A DNA stretch of 44,487 nt from Bacteroidota bacterium (GCA_043718985.1 JAYSUQ010000103.1:1-44487); one strand, 5' to 3'; shown: positions 34,985 to 44,274, counted from the first letter of the stretch. Notes: generated from the letters alone by a model not told the origin. Numbers and translations are program-made.

Positions 34985-35353
34985 TTATTCAGATATTTTT
35001 AGGGCTTCAAAACATTTTATTTCGCCCGAATCGCCTAAAAATTGGGCATCAATTGTAACTAATCCTATTTTTTTTAATTGCTCTTTAGATAAAGGCTTTG
35101 CCGGAGTCCAAATTTCATCAACTAACTTCAAATCAACATCTTTATTTAATAAAATTTGATTAAGTTGTTTTTGAGTTAAAAACACACACCCTTCATTTTC
35201 CTCTTCGTCTACTGCATTTAAAACAGTACCAACTATTTTTAATTTAGGCACATCGGGTTTATAAGTAAAGTTTAAACCGTCTTGTGTATTTTGTTCAATA
35301 AATTTTATTCCTAATAAATGAATATCTGCCATAGTTTCTGTTTTTTCGAGCAC
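34985..35353 (-). CDS. Hypothetical small acidic cytoplasmic protein
   Basis: The ORF has a GTG start at 35353. An in-frame ATG at 35332 (MADIHLLGIKF...) is the more likely start, giving 115 aa. I recognised no motifs. It is flanked by hairpins on both sides. Confidence 0.5.
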   Translation of the reverse strand: MLEKTETMADIHLLGIKFIEQNTQDGLNFTYKPDVPKLKIVGTVLNAVDEEENEGCVFLTQKQLNQILLNKDVDLKLVDEIWTPAKPLSKEQLKKIGLVTIDAQFLGDSGEIKCFEALKISE

Positions 35354-35454
35354 AATTTTAAAGATATAAAGTCGGTAATCAAAGTTAATTTATAATTTTA
35401 TATCAACCTTTATTAAAATTTATGTTAATAAATTATTACCTGCCTATTATTTAC

Positions 35455-35478
35455 CAAAAAAGGCAACAAATGTTACCT
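35455..35478 (-). terminator. Weak candidate terminator downstream of glyA
   Basis: Minus-strand aggtaac-attt-gttgcct (7 bp, one G-U pair) followed by tttttt. Confidence 0.4.
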
Positions 35479-35510
35479 CTTTTGCTTATTTAGTTTTAAA
35501 CTCAAACTGT

Positions 35511-36785
35511 TTAGTCTTTAAACAATGGGTATTTTTCCATCATTACATTAATTTTTACCTTTAGTTTGGCAAGTTCCTTTGGATTTTCTTTATGTTTAAT
35601 AGCTGCATCAATATAATCAACAATTTTAACGCATTCTTTTTCTTTTAACCCTCGGCTTGTAATTGCTGGCGATCCAATTCGAATACCCGACGTAACAAAT
35701 GGCGATTTATCATCAAAAGGAACCATATTTTTATTAACGGTAATGTCGGCTTCGCCTAAAACTTTTTCGGCTTCTTTACCTGTTATATTTTTGTTACGTA
35801 AATCAATTAGCATACAATGGTTATCGGTGCCTCCCGATATTATTTTATATCCTTTTTCAACTAAAGCTTTAGCCATTGTTTGTGCATTTTTAATTACTTG
35901 CACACAGTATAACATATATTCATCGCTTAAGGCTTCGCCATAGGCAATTGCTTTAGCCGCAATAACGTGTTCTAACGGCCCGCCTTGCGTACCCGGAAAA
36001 ACTGCCATGTCTAAACACGCGCTCATTAATTTTAATTCTCCTTTTGGAGTTTTATCTCCCATCGGGTTTTCAAAATCGTTACCCATCATAATCATTCCGC
36101 CTCTTGGCCCACGTAATGTTTTGTGTGTTGTTGTGGTAACAATGTGGCAATGAGGTAATGGATCGTTTAAAATACCTTTTGCTATTAAGCCCGATGGGTG
36201 AGATATATCGGCTAATAATAAAGCGCCAACGGCATCGGCAATTTTACGCAAGCGCTCGTAATCCCAATCGCGCGAGTAGGCCGATGCGCCGCAAATAATC
36301 ATTTTTGGTTTTTCTTTTTTTGCTGTATCTTCTAACTTAGTATAGTTTACTAAGCCTGTTTTTTCATCAACACCATAAAAAGTGGCGCGGTACAATTTAC
36401 CCGAAAAATTAACAGGCGAACCATGTGTTAAATGTCCACCGTGCGATAAATCAAAACCTAAAATTGTATCGCCTGGTTTTAAGCAAGCTAACATAACTGC
36501 TGCATTTGCTTGTGCGCCCGAGTGTGGCTGCACATTTACCCAACAAGCTCCAAATAATTCTTTTGCTCTATCAATAGCCAATTGCTCAACCTTATCAACA
36601 ACTTCGCAACCACCATAGTAACGTTTGTTAGGCAAACCTTCGGCATATTTATTAGTTAAAACACTGCCCATAGCTTTCATCACTTGGTCGCTCACATAGT
36701 TTTCGCTGGCAATTAATTCAATACCTCGGGTTTGACGTTTTTTTTCTTCAGTAATTAATTTAAATATTGCAGTATCTTTTTTCAT
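35511..36785 (-). CDS. glyA: Serine hydroxymethyltransferase
   Basis: [24 protein letters not shown], the PLP-lysine motif [15 protein letters not shown] and FPGTQGGP. Confidence 0.95.
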   Translation of the reverse strand: MKKDTAIFKLITEEKKRQTRGIELIASENYVSDQVMKAMGSVLTNKYAEGLPNKRYYGGCEVVDKVEQLAIDRAKELFGACWVNVQPHSGAQANAAVMLACLKPGDTILGFDLSHGGHLTHGSPVNFSGKLYRATFYGVDEKTGLVNYTKLEDTAKKEKPKMIICGASAYSRDWDYERLRKIADAVGALLLADISHPSGLIAKGILNDPLPHCHIVTTTTHKTLRGPRGGMIMMGNDFENPMGDKTPKGELKLMSACLDMAVFPGTQGGPLEHVIAAKAIAYGEALSDEYMLYCVQVIKNAQTMAKALVEKGYKIISGGTDNHCMLIDLRNKNITGKEAEKVLGEADITVNKNMVPFDDKSPFVTSGIRIGSPAITSRGLKEKECVKIVDYIDAAIKHKENPKELAKLKVKINVMMEKYPLFKD

Positions 36786-36864
36786 ATATTAATTTTATTT
36801 TTAGTTGTTTAAGTTTTTAAGAGTAATTTTTTACTTACAAAATAATTATTTGGTGTGTTTTAAA

Positions 36865-37377
36865 TTATATGATTTTATCGGCATTAAATTTTAAGTATAA
36901 CTTATAAGATGCTATCATAAAAAAAGCAACTAGTGGCGATTGGGCAATACCCATAACCCAACGACTAACAGTATACTCATCTCCATCAAATTTATGATTA
37001 AAAATATAATTGTATGCCATAAATAAAATTGCAATAAAAAATAAAACACCATAAATATAAAAAACGAAACGGTTAAATTTTTTGTTACCACAAATTAATT
37101 TTACACTAAAATAAGTTACTAAAAAATAGCCCGTAAAATAAAATAGAGTTAAAAAATATTTTCCAAAATAAATTGTTTTATAAGTGTAACTAGTTAAAAA
37201 TAACAAACTATTAGGCAGGCTGTGAGTTTGGCGTTGGTAAAATAAATTATATAAATGATTATTAATGTTTACAAATAAAAAATCGCGTGTAAAACCTAAA
37301 ACAGCAAATGTTAGCAAGAAAAAAAGTAAATAAAATTTATTTTTCATAAAGCATTTAACTGTTGAGTGGTTTTGCAA
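36865..37377 (-). CDS. Exosortase F system-associated membrane protein (candidate)
   Basis: A four-TM ~160-aa protein encoded immediately downstream of xrtF, which is the fixed partner arrangement described for XrtF. The ATG at 37347 (MKNKFYLLFFLL...) would remove the 23-nt overlap and is the more likely start. The assignment rests mainly on adjacency and topology. Confidence 0.6.
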   Translation of the reverse strand: MQNHSTVKCFMKNKFYLLFFLLTFAVLGFTRDFLFVNINNHLYNLFYQRQTHSLPNSLLFLTSYTYKTIYFGKYFLTLFYFTGYFLVTYFSVKLICGNKKFNRFVFYIYGVLFFIAILFMAYNYIFNHKFDGDEYTVSRWVMGIAQSPLVAFFMIASYKLYLKFNADKII

Positions 37378-37852
37378 TTTTATTTACCCAAAGCATCCAT
37401 AAGCCAAAAACAATGCTATACACTATAAAAGTAAACGTATAAGTATGATTAAATGCTAGATAACTTGGGTAATGCAATGCAATTAATGCTAAACTCATAA
37501 TGCGAAATAAATTAGAAAAATGAACTATTAAAATGCCTAATGGAATAAACCAAAGTTTTTGTTTTATCACTCCTGGATAAGCAATTATAAATACCGAAAA
37601 CAAAAATAGTAATGTTAAACCATTACATGCACCACCAATCCAAACGCCGTTTGAACCATCAATGCCAAACACTTGATAATCATCTACTTCTTTACTTTCA
37701 AAAGTTTTATACCCAAAAAAACCTAAAATTGTAACACAACTATTTATAATAAACCTAATAAATTGTTGGTCGATGTGGGTGTGTTTTTTTATAACATACT
37801 CGTGTAACAAAAAACAACCAACATATAAAAAACTTGCCTTTATTAAAAACAA
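37355..37852 (-). CDS. xrtF: Exosortase family protein XrtF
   Basis: A small polytopic protein with the exosortase catalytic-triad context: GGACNGLTLLFLF (Cys), HFSNLFRIMSL (Arg) and LAFNHTYTF (His), plus the tail LWMLWVNKIAK. The TTG start is doubtful. The frame stays open to 37918 and encodes a plausible extra N-terminal segment, but no ATG/GTG/TTG lies there. Confidence 0.75.
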   Translation of the reverse strand: MFLIKASFLYVGCFLLHEYVIKKHTHIDQQFIRFIINSCVTILGFFGYKTFESKEVDDYQVFGIDGSNGVWIGGACNGLTLLFLFSVFIIAYPGVIKQKLWFIPLGILIVHFSNLFRIMSLALIALHYPSYLAFNHTYTFTFIVYSIVFGLWMLWVNKIAKPLNS

Positions 37853-37982
37853 ATAAAACGGATTGCTTTGTATTTTAAAATATAATTTAGAAAGTTTAAT
37901 AAGCTTAACGATAGAAAATTAAGCGATAAAATTATAAAAATTTACAATACGTATTACACTATAATTTGTAAAGGCATTTATG

Positions 37983-37990
37983 TATATTTG
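37983..37990 (+). promoter_or_regulatory. Candidate -7 box (TAnnTTTG) upstream of the Wzc-like gene
   Basis: tatatttg ends 16 nt before the GTG at 38007, which implies a very short leader. Confidence 0.3.
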
Positions 37991-38006
37991 TACGTAAATA
38001 AAATTT

Positions 38007-40373
38007 GTGGAGCAAAAAAAGAATACATCACCCATACAAATAAACGACTTTAAGGTTATTTGGCGAATTATATCTAAAAACTGGTACATTCCACTTTTAA
38101 TTGTACCTATATTTTACGCTTTAGGCTATTTTTATGTTTACAGGCTACCTAATGTTTACCAAGCATCTATTGAGTTACTAAAATCAAACGATAGCTATTA
38201 TCAAAATAGTTTAATTACCGAAGGTGCGGGAGGTTTTTATGGTGGTGGTTCTAAATCATTTATTGATAACTCAAACGAAATACGGATTTTAACTTCGTTT
38301 GATTTAATGAAAGAAACGGTTATTAAATTAAAAGATAAGTTACAGGTTTCGTATTATTTAATTGGCCGGGTGCGCAAATCGGAGTTGTTTACAAGCATGC
38401 CGTTTTCGGTTTATGTAAACTCAATTAACCCTACGCTTATTGAAAAACCAATAAAATTTAAAGTTTTAAATAAAGATAGTTATGAGCTAACCTATTTTAA
38501 TGGAGAAACACCTATTATTAAACAAGGTAGATTTAATCAAATTTTTACCGACCTCGATTTTAATATTTATGTATCAACCACAAAAGGTGTAAATGCCGAT
38601 TTAGCAAGTAGTTTAGCCTTGCTTGATTATGAATTACTAATACACGATATTGATTTAGTATCGGCTAATTTACAACGGGCATTAAAAGTTAAAAACCCCG
38701 ATTACACAAACGTTTTAGTATTAACACTCGATGATATTATACCCGAACGTGCTATCTTAATTTTAGATACATTATCAAAAGGTTACATCGGAAAATCATT
38801 AAACTCGAGGTTTGAAATAAATGAGCGCACAATTAGTTTTATTGAAAAACAGTTAGAGGATGTTCGGTTTTCGTTAAAAGAAATTGAAGACACGATGCAA
38901 AATTTTAAAAAGCAAAATTCTATTTTAGATTTAGAGTGGGAAAGAGCCGATTTTTTTCAAAAATTATCTAAATACGACGGCCAAAAATCGGGCTTAGGAT
39001 TAAAAATAGATGCATTAACAGATTTAGAAAAATACATTATTGAAGATAAAGACCCGCAATTTTTACCTCCAAATGTTTTTTTAGTTGATAATGATAACTT
39101 CCTTCAATCATCAGTAACCGAGCTTTATAACTCGCAAATTCAATTAAGTAATTTATTAGGGTCATCTAAAGATGATAACCCGCACGTTATTGAAATTAGA
39201 CAAAAAATAAAAAAACTAAAGCAAAACATGTTAGTTTACATTAACAACTCACGTAATGCTACATTTAAAATAATCGAAAATATTAATGGAGAAATAGGAA
39301 CCTATACTGGCGAAATAAGCACCATACCAAAAAAACAACGCGAAATGGTTAACATACAGCGTAAAGTATCGGTAAACGAAGGTTTGTATAATTTTTTATT
39401 ACAAAAACGTGCAAATGTTAAAATTGCTAAAGCATCTATTGTATCCGAAATTAAAGTAATTGATAGCTCACGTAATAAAGGAGTTATTAGTCCTGATAAA
39501 AACAAAATAATATCTACTTTTTTAACCGTAGGGATGGCTTTAGCCTTGCTTATTATTATTATTAAGGTAATGTATTTTACAACAATTCAAACATCCGAAG
39601 AGTTAAAAGAAAAAACAAAATTACCAATTATTGCCGATTTACCTTTTCAAAAAGATGTTGGTGACACAGGATTTATTATTGATGAAAGTCCAAAATCATT
39701 TATAGCCGAAGCCTTTAGAACTTTACGAACTAACTTGCAATACGTAATTTTAAATTCAAATAAAAAAACAATATTAGTTACCTCTAACGGGCCTGGAGAA
39801 GGCAAAACATTCACGACTATTAATTTGGGTGCTATACTTGCAAAAGGAGGTAAACGAGTTGTAATGCTTGAGTTAGATTTGCATAAACCGCGCATACAAA
39901 AAGCATTGCAAATGAATGCTGATATTGGTATTAGTACCTTTATGACAGGCTTTAATACCCTTAACGAAATTGTTAAACCTACAGTAATTCCTAATTTATT
40001 TACCATATTATCGGGGCCTATACCACCAAATCCATCCGATTTAGTATTATCCGAAAAATTAAAAGAATTAATAGATTATGCTAAACAAGAATTTGATTAT
40101 GTGTTAATAGATACTCCACCAATTGGCTTACTATCTGATGCGGCATTTTTAATGCAATATTCAGATATTAATTTAGTAGTTATAAATACAAAATTTGCTA
40201 CCAAATCAATATTAGATGGATTTAATAAACTAGTAACCGAAAATGCAATTAAAGATGTGTATTTAATTTTAAATGGTGTAAAACGCCTACGATCTAAATA
40301 TTATTATTCGCGTTACGGCTACAGTTATGGATACGGATACGGTTATGGATACGGCTACAATAAAAAAGGCTAA
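38007..40373 (+). CDS. Polysaccharide co-polymerase / tyrosine autokinase (Wzc/GumC-type, PCP-2a)
   Basis: N-terminal TM plus a Wzz-like periplasmic coiled-coil region, then a second TM (TFLTVGMALALLIIIIKV). Kinase Walker A SNGPGEGKTFT, A' VVMLELDLHKP and Walker B YVLIDTPP. C-terminal tyrosine cluster KYYYSRYGYSYGYGYGYGYGYNKKG. GTG start. Confidence 0.85.
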   Translation: MEQKKNTSPIQINDFKVIWRIISKNWYIPLLIVPIFYALGYFYVYRLPNVYQASIELLKSNDSYYQNSLITEGAGGFYGGGSKSFIDNSNEIRILTSFDLMKETVIKLKDKLQVSYYLIGRVRKSELFTSMPFSVYVNSINPTLIEKPIKFKVLNKDSYELTYFNGETPIIKQGRFNQIFTDLDFNIYVSTTKGVNADLASSLALLDYELLIHDIDLVSANLQRALKVKNPDYTNVLVLTLDDIIPERAILILDTLSKGYIGKSLNSRFEINERTISFIEKQLEDVRFSLKEIEDTMQNFKKQNSILDLEWERADFFQKLSKYDGQKSGLGLKIDALTDLEKYIIEDKDPQFLPPNVFLVDNDNFLQSSVTELYNSQIQLSNLLGSSKDDNPHVIEIRQKIKKLKQNMLVYINNSRNATFKIIENINGEIGTYTGEISTIPKKQREMVNIQRKVSVNEGLYNFLLQKRANVKIAKASIVSEIKVIDSSRNKGVISPDKNKIISTFLTVGMALALLIIIIKVMYFTTIQTSEELKEKTKLPIIADLPFQKDVGDTGFIIDESPKSFIAEAFRTLRTNLQYVILNSNKKTILVTSNGPGEGKTFTTINLGAILAKGGKRVVMLELDLHKPRIQKALQMNADIGISTFMTGFNTLNEIVKPTVIPNLFTILSGPIPPNPSDLVLSEKLKELIDYAKQEFDYVLIDTPPIGLLSDAAFLMQYSDINLVVINTKFATKSILDGFNKLVTENAIKDVYLILNGVKRLRSKYYYSRYGYSYGYGYGYGYGYNKKG
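40303..40363 (+). repeat. Tyr/Gly-rich coding repeat ending in a (GY)n run (tyrosine cluster of the autokinase)
   Basis: The (GY)n part is tacggctacagttatggatacggatacggttatggatacggctac, encoding YGYSYGYGYGYGYGY. Confidence 0.8.
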
Positions 40374-40380
40374 TTAAAAA

Positions 40381-41367
40381 ATGATAAATAACTCGAGTAT
40401 AAATTTAGATTTCATTAAATCGAATTCGTTTTTAGTAACTGGCGGCGCAGGTTTTATAGGTTCTCACTTATGTGAATTTTTAATGGCAAATAATGCTAAA
40501 AAAGTAGTTGTTTTAGATGATTTATCTACTGGTTTCGAAAAAAATATTAATCAATTTTATAACCTTCCTAATTTTGAATTTATAAACGGAAGCATTACAA
40601 ATTTAGATACTTGTTTAGCAGCAACAAAAAATATAACTATTGTGCTTCACCACGCCGCTTTAGGCTCGGTACCACGTAGTGTAGAAAACCCAATGAAAAC
40701 AAACGAAGTAAACGTTAATGGGTTTGTTAATATGCTATTTGCAGCTAAAGAAAACAATGTTGCTAAATTTATTTTCGCATCGTCCTCATCTGTTTATGGC
40801 GATGATGATACGTTTCCTAAAACCGAAACTAAAACAGGCAATTTATTATCGCCATATGCGGTTAGTAAGCACGCAAACGAAAAATATGCAGCCGTATTTT
40901 CATCATTATATAATTTAAATACTGTTGGTTTTAGGTATTTTAATGTGTTTGGAGAGCGGCAAAACCCCGATGGCCCCTACGCTGCAGTTATACCAAAATT
41001 TATTGATAGTTTAGCTAAAAACACTGCGCCATTTATATACGGAACAGGCAATAACACAAGAGATTTTACTTATGTTGGTAATGTTGTTTTTGCAAATATG
41101 TTAGCCGCGCAATCGGTTTTAACACAAAAAAGTAGTATTATGAATATTGCTTGCGGAGGTACAATATCTGTAAATGCAATTTACAATACCATTGCCCAAC
41201 AATTAAATAAAACAAACATTAAACCAACCTATTTACCCGAACGCAAGGGCGAAATAAAAGATAGTTTTGCAAATATTAATTTAGCAAAGCATAATTTAAA
41301 TTACGAGCCAATTTATACCTTAAACGAGGGCATAACAAAAACAGTTAACTGGTTTACAATCAGCTAA
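40381..41367 (+). CDS. NAD-dependent nucleotide-sugar 4-epimerase (extended SDR, WbpP/TviC-like)
   Basis: VTGGAGFIGSHL, the catalytic SPYAVSKHANEKY (YxxxK) and FRYFNVFGERQNP. The length and motifs resemble UDP-GlcNAc / UDP-GlcNAcA 4-epimerases. The exact substrate cannot be told from sequence. Confidence 0.8.
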   Translation: MINNSSINLDFIKSNSFLVTGGAGFIGSHLCEFLMANNAKKVVVLDDLSTGFEKNINQFYNLPNFEFINGSITNLDTCLAATKNITIVLHHAALGSVPRSVENPMKTNEVNVNGFVNMLFAAKENNVAKFIFASSSSVYGDDDTFPKTETKTGNLLSPYAVSKHANEKYAAVFSSLYNLNTVGFRYFNVFGERQNPDGPYAAVIPKFIDSLAKNTAPFIYGTGNNTRDFTYVGNVVFANMLAAQSVLTQKSSIMNIACGGTISVNAIYNTIAQQLNKTNIKPTYLPERKGEIKDSFANINLAKHNLNYEPIYTLNEGITKTVNWFTIS

Positions 41368-41389
41368 TTTTTTTTGTTTTATTATAAAA

Positions 41390-41410
41390 TTGAGTAAATT
41401 TGTTACTCAA
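41390..41410. promoter_or_regulatory. Perfect 8-bp inverted repeat (TTGAGTAA-N5-TTACTCAA) enclosing a TAnnTTTG box, 2 nt before the wHTH gene start
   Basis: ttgagtaa (41390-41397), atttg, ttactcaa (41403-41410). The box taaatttg lies at 41395-41402 and the ATG at 41413. Confidence 0.4.
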
Positions 41411-41412
41411 AT

Positions 41413-41940
41413 ATGATTGAAGCACTCATATCTTCTAAAACGAGAATTAAACTGCTATTAAAATTTTTTTTAAATAGTAGTAACACCGCTTATTTACGAA
41501 ATTTAGAAGAAGAGTTTCAGGAATCAACCAACTCAATTAGAATAGAGTTAAATAGGTTTGAGGAAGCTGGATTGCTATCCTCATCTGCACAAGGCAATAA
41601 AAAAATATTTGCAGTAAATAAAAAGCATTCCATGTTTAATGATTTACACAGTATCGTTAAAAAATATTTTGGAATTGATAAAATCATTGAAGAAATAATT
41701 GTAAAATTAGGAGATGTGCAGTTGGCATTTTTATCAGGAAATTTAGCAAGAGGATTAGATGATAAAACCATTGAATTAATTTTAATAGGAAATATAAATA
41801 CTGATTATTTAAATCGCTTATCAAAAAAATTAGAACTAGAAATAAAAAGAAAAATTAAAGTAACAATACACAGCACAATTTTAGAGGCTAAAACCGCCGA
41901 CAAAAACATTAACACCTATTTACTTTTGTGGAGTAAATAA
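41413..41940 (+). CDS. Winged-helix (ArsR-like) putative regulator with a degenerate nucleotidyltransferase-like C-terminal domain
   Basis: SKTRIKLLLKFFLNSSNTAYLRNLEEEFQESTNSIRIELNRFEEAGLL is wHTH-like. LSGNLARGLDDKTIELILIG resembles the GSxARG...D.D motif of minimal nucleotidyltransferases, but the second Asp position is not conserved. Confidence 0.55.
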   Translation: MIEALISSKTRIKLLLKFFLNSSNTAYLRNLEEEFQESTNSIRIELNRFEEAGLLSSSAQGNKKIFAVNKKHSMFNDLHSIVKKYFGIDKIIEEIIVKLGDVQLAFLSGNLARGLDDKTIELILIGNINTDYLNRLSKKLELEIKRKIKVTIHSTILEAKTADKNINTYLLLWSK

Positions 41941-41998
41941 CTTTAAAAACAACAAACAACCCACTTAGTTTATGTAACTGAGGGGGCGAAGCTTTAAA

Positions 41999-42517
41999 AT
42001 GAATTTAGAAAACACAAATTGCAAATGGCACGCATTGTACGTTAGCTCTCGTTCCGAAAAAAAAGTGTACAATACCTTAACTCAAAATAACGTGCAAGCA
42101 TTTGTACCAATAGTTAAAACAATGCGGCAATGGAGCGATAGAAAAAAAATAGTTGAAATACCTTTAATTAATGGCTACGTTTTTGTAAACATAAATTCTA
42201 AACAAAAAGATAGTGTATTGCAAACCCAAGGCGTAGTTAATTATGTGTATTTTGATGGTAAACATGCTGTAATAAGAGATAATGAAATAGAAACCTTAAA
42301 ACAAATTGCACTTACAGGTTACGAAACAAATTTAGATAACAACGTAGTATTTAATGTAAATGATAAAGTTATAATAAACCAAGGCCCATTAAAAGGATTA
42401 GAGTGTTATGTTATAGGAATTATAAATAACGAAACCATAATAGCATATACCGTTGCTAGCATAAAACAAACAATGACAATTAAGCTACCTAAAGCAATAT
42501 TTTTACATACTAAATAA
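41999..42517 (+). CDS. UpxY-family (NusG/RfaH-like) transcription antiterminator
   Basis: WHALYVSSRSEKKVYNTLTQNNVQAFVPIVKTMRQWSDRKKIVEIPLINGYVFV (NGN domain) and a KOW-like VNDKVIINQGPLKGLECYV. It is located in a polysaccharide locus. Confidence 0.8.
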   Translation: MNLENTNCKWHALYVSSRSEKKVYNTLTQNNVQAFVPIVKTMRQWSDRKKIVEIPLINGYVFVNINSKQKDSVLQTQGVVNYVYFDGKHAVIRDNEIETLKQIALTGYETNLDNNVVFNVNDKVIINQGPLKGLECYVIGIINNETIIAYTVASIKQTMTIKLPKAIFLHTK

Positions 42518-42525
42518 TTAAAAAA

Positions 42526-43377
42526 ATGCAAAACGAACAAAAATGGGATTTAATTATAAAGCCAAAAAACAAATGGCACGAGTTAGATTTAGGTGCAATT
42601 TTAAAGTATAAAGATTTATTGTTTTTATTAGTACGTCGCGATTTTTTAGCAGTTTACAAACAAACTGTTTTAGGCCCATTATGGTTTTTTATACAACCAA
42701 TACTTACATCACTAACCTTTACATTTATTTTTGGAAACATTGCAAAAATTAGTACCGATGGCATACCTCCAATTTTATTTTATTTAGCTGGCATTACACT
42801 TTGGACCTATTTTTCTGATTGTTTAAACAAAACATCAACAACATTTGTATCTAACGCTGGTGTTTTTGGCAAAGTATATTTTCCTCGCTTAATAATGCCG
42901 CTATCTATTTTAGTGTCTAACTTAATTAAATTATCTATTCAGTTACTTATTTTTACCTGTGTTTGGATTTATTATTTATCGTTTTCAAATGCCGTAACAC
43001 CACATTGGAATTATATTTGGGCATTACCCATTTTAATTTTTATGATGGCAGGCTTAGGTTTTGGGTTTGGTATTTTAATATCATCATTAACTACAAAGTA
43101 CCGCGATTTAACTTTTTTAATTGGTTTTGGAGTGCAACTTTTAATGTATGGCAGTTCGGTTGTGTTACCAATAAGTACTATGTCGCCCAAAATACAATCG
43201 GTAATGCTATTAAATCCTGTTACTTCAATTATTGAAGCGTTTAAATTTATTTTTTTAGGAAGTGGTTTTTTTAGTATTGGATATTTAACTTATGGTTTTT
43301 GTTTTATGATACTAATAATTGCCATTGCAGTTGTTGTATTTAATAAAGTAGAAAAATCATTTATGGACACTGTATAA
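42526..43377 (+). CDS. ABC-2-type polysaccharide/O-antigen export permease (Wzm/TagG-like)
   Basis: LVRRDFLAVYKQTVLGPLWFFIQP is the characteristic N-terminal motif. There are six predicted TM segments. 283 aa. Confidence 0.85.
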   Translation: MQNEQKWDLIIKPKNKWHELDLGAILKYKDLLFLLVRRDFLAVYKQTVLGPLWFFIQPILTSLTFTFIFGNIAKISTDGIPPILFYLAGITLWTYFSDCLNKTSTTFVSNAGVFGKVYFPRLIMPLSILVSNLIKLSIQLLIFTCVWIYYLSFSNAVTPHWNYIWALPILIFMMAGLGFGFGILISSLTTKYRDLTFLIGFGVQLLMYGSSVVLPISTMSPKIQSVMLLNPVTSIIEAFKFIFLGSGFFSIGYLTYGFCFMILIIAIAVVVFNKVEKSFMDTV

Positions 43378-43380
43378 ATT

Positions 43381-44274
43381 ATGAGCGAAGTAGTAATTAA
43401 AGTAGAAAACGTTGGTAAGCAATACCGATTAGGAAAAGTTGGTACGGGCACTATTAGTGAAGATATACACCGTTGGATAACTCGTTTGCAGGGTAAAGAA
43501 GACCCTTACTTAAAAATTGGAGAAGCGAACGATCGTACAAAAAAATCGAGCGATGGCGATTTAGTTTGGGCATTGCAAAATATAAATTTTGAGGTTAAGC
43601 AAGGCGAAGTGCTTGGTATTATTGGCAAAAATGGAGCTGGAAAATCTACCCTACTAAAAATATTATCACGCGTAACAGGCCCCTCGGTAGGTCAAATAAA
43701 AGTAAAAGGGCGCATTGCCAGTTTGTTAGAGGTTGGTACAGGCTTTCATCCTGAGTTAAGCGGGCGCGAAAACATTTTTTTAAATGGTGCCATTTTAGGA
43801 ATGACAAAATCTGAAATAAAATCTAAATTTGATGAAATAGTTGATTTTAGTGGCGTTGATAGATACATTGATACACCCGTTAAACGATACAGTAGCGGTA
43901 TGTATGTACGATTGGCATTTGGAGTGGCCGCACATTTAGAACCCGAAATTTTAATTGTAGATGAAGTGCTTGCAGTTGGAGATGCTGAGTTTCAGAAAAA
44001 ATGCTTAGGTAAAATGAAAGATGTGAGTGGACAAGGACGAACTGTTTTGTTTGTAAGCCACAATATGGCATCTATGAATCAACTTTGTACTAACGGTATA
44101 TTATTACAAAACGGCACAATTTTTAAACAAGGTAATATGTCAGAAATAACGCCTTTGTATTTAAATAACGAATTATCCGATTCGTTATTAGGTTCTATTT
44201 CTTATCCAGATAACTCGAAAGCATTTCAAATAAAAAAAATTGAAATTATTAAAAACAAAGCGTTTGATTATTAA
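43381..44274 (+). CDS. Polysaccharide/O-antigen export ABC transporter ATP-binding protein (Wzt/TagH-like), short C-terminal extension
   Basis: Walker A GKNGAGKSTLLK, the TGFHPELSGRENI motif typical of Wzt/TagH, signature YSSGM, Walker B ILIVDEVLAVGD and the H-loop VSHN. Only about 50 aa follow the NBD. Confidence 0.9.
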   Translation: MSEVVIKVENVGKQYRLGKVGTGTISEDIHRWITRLQGKEDPYLKIGEANDRTKKSSDGDLVWALQNINFEVKQGEVLGIIGKNGAGKSTLLKILSRVTGPSVGQIKVKGRIASLLEVGTGFHPELSGRENIFLNGAILGMTKSEIKSKFDEIVDFSGVDRYIDTPVKRYSSGMYVRLAFGVAAHLEPEILIVDEVLAVGDAEFQKKCLGKMKDVSGQGRTVLFVSHNMASMNQLCTNGILLQNGTIFKQGNMSEITPLYLNNELSDSLLGSISYPDNSKAFQIKKIEIIKNKAFDY

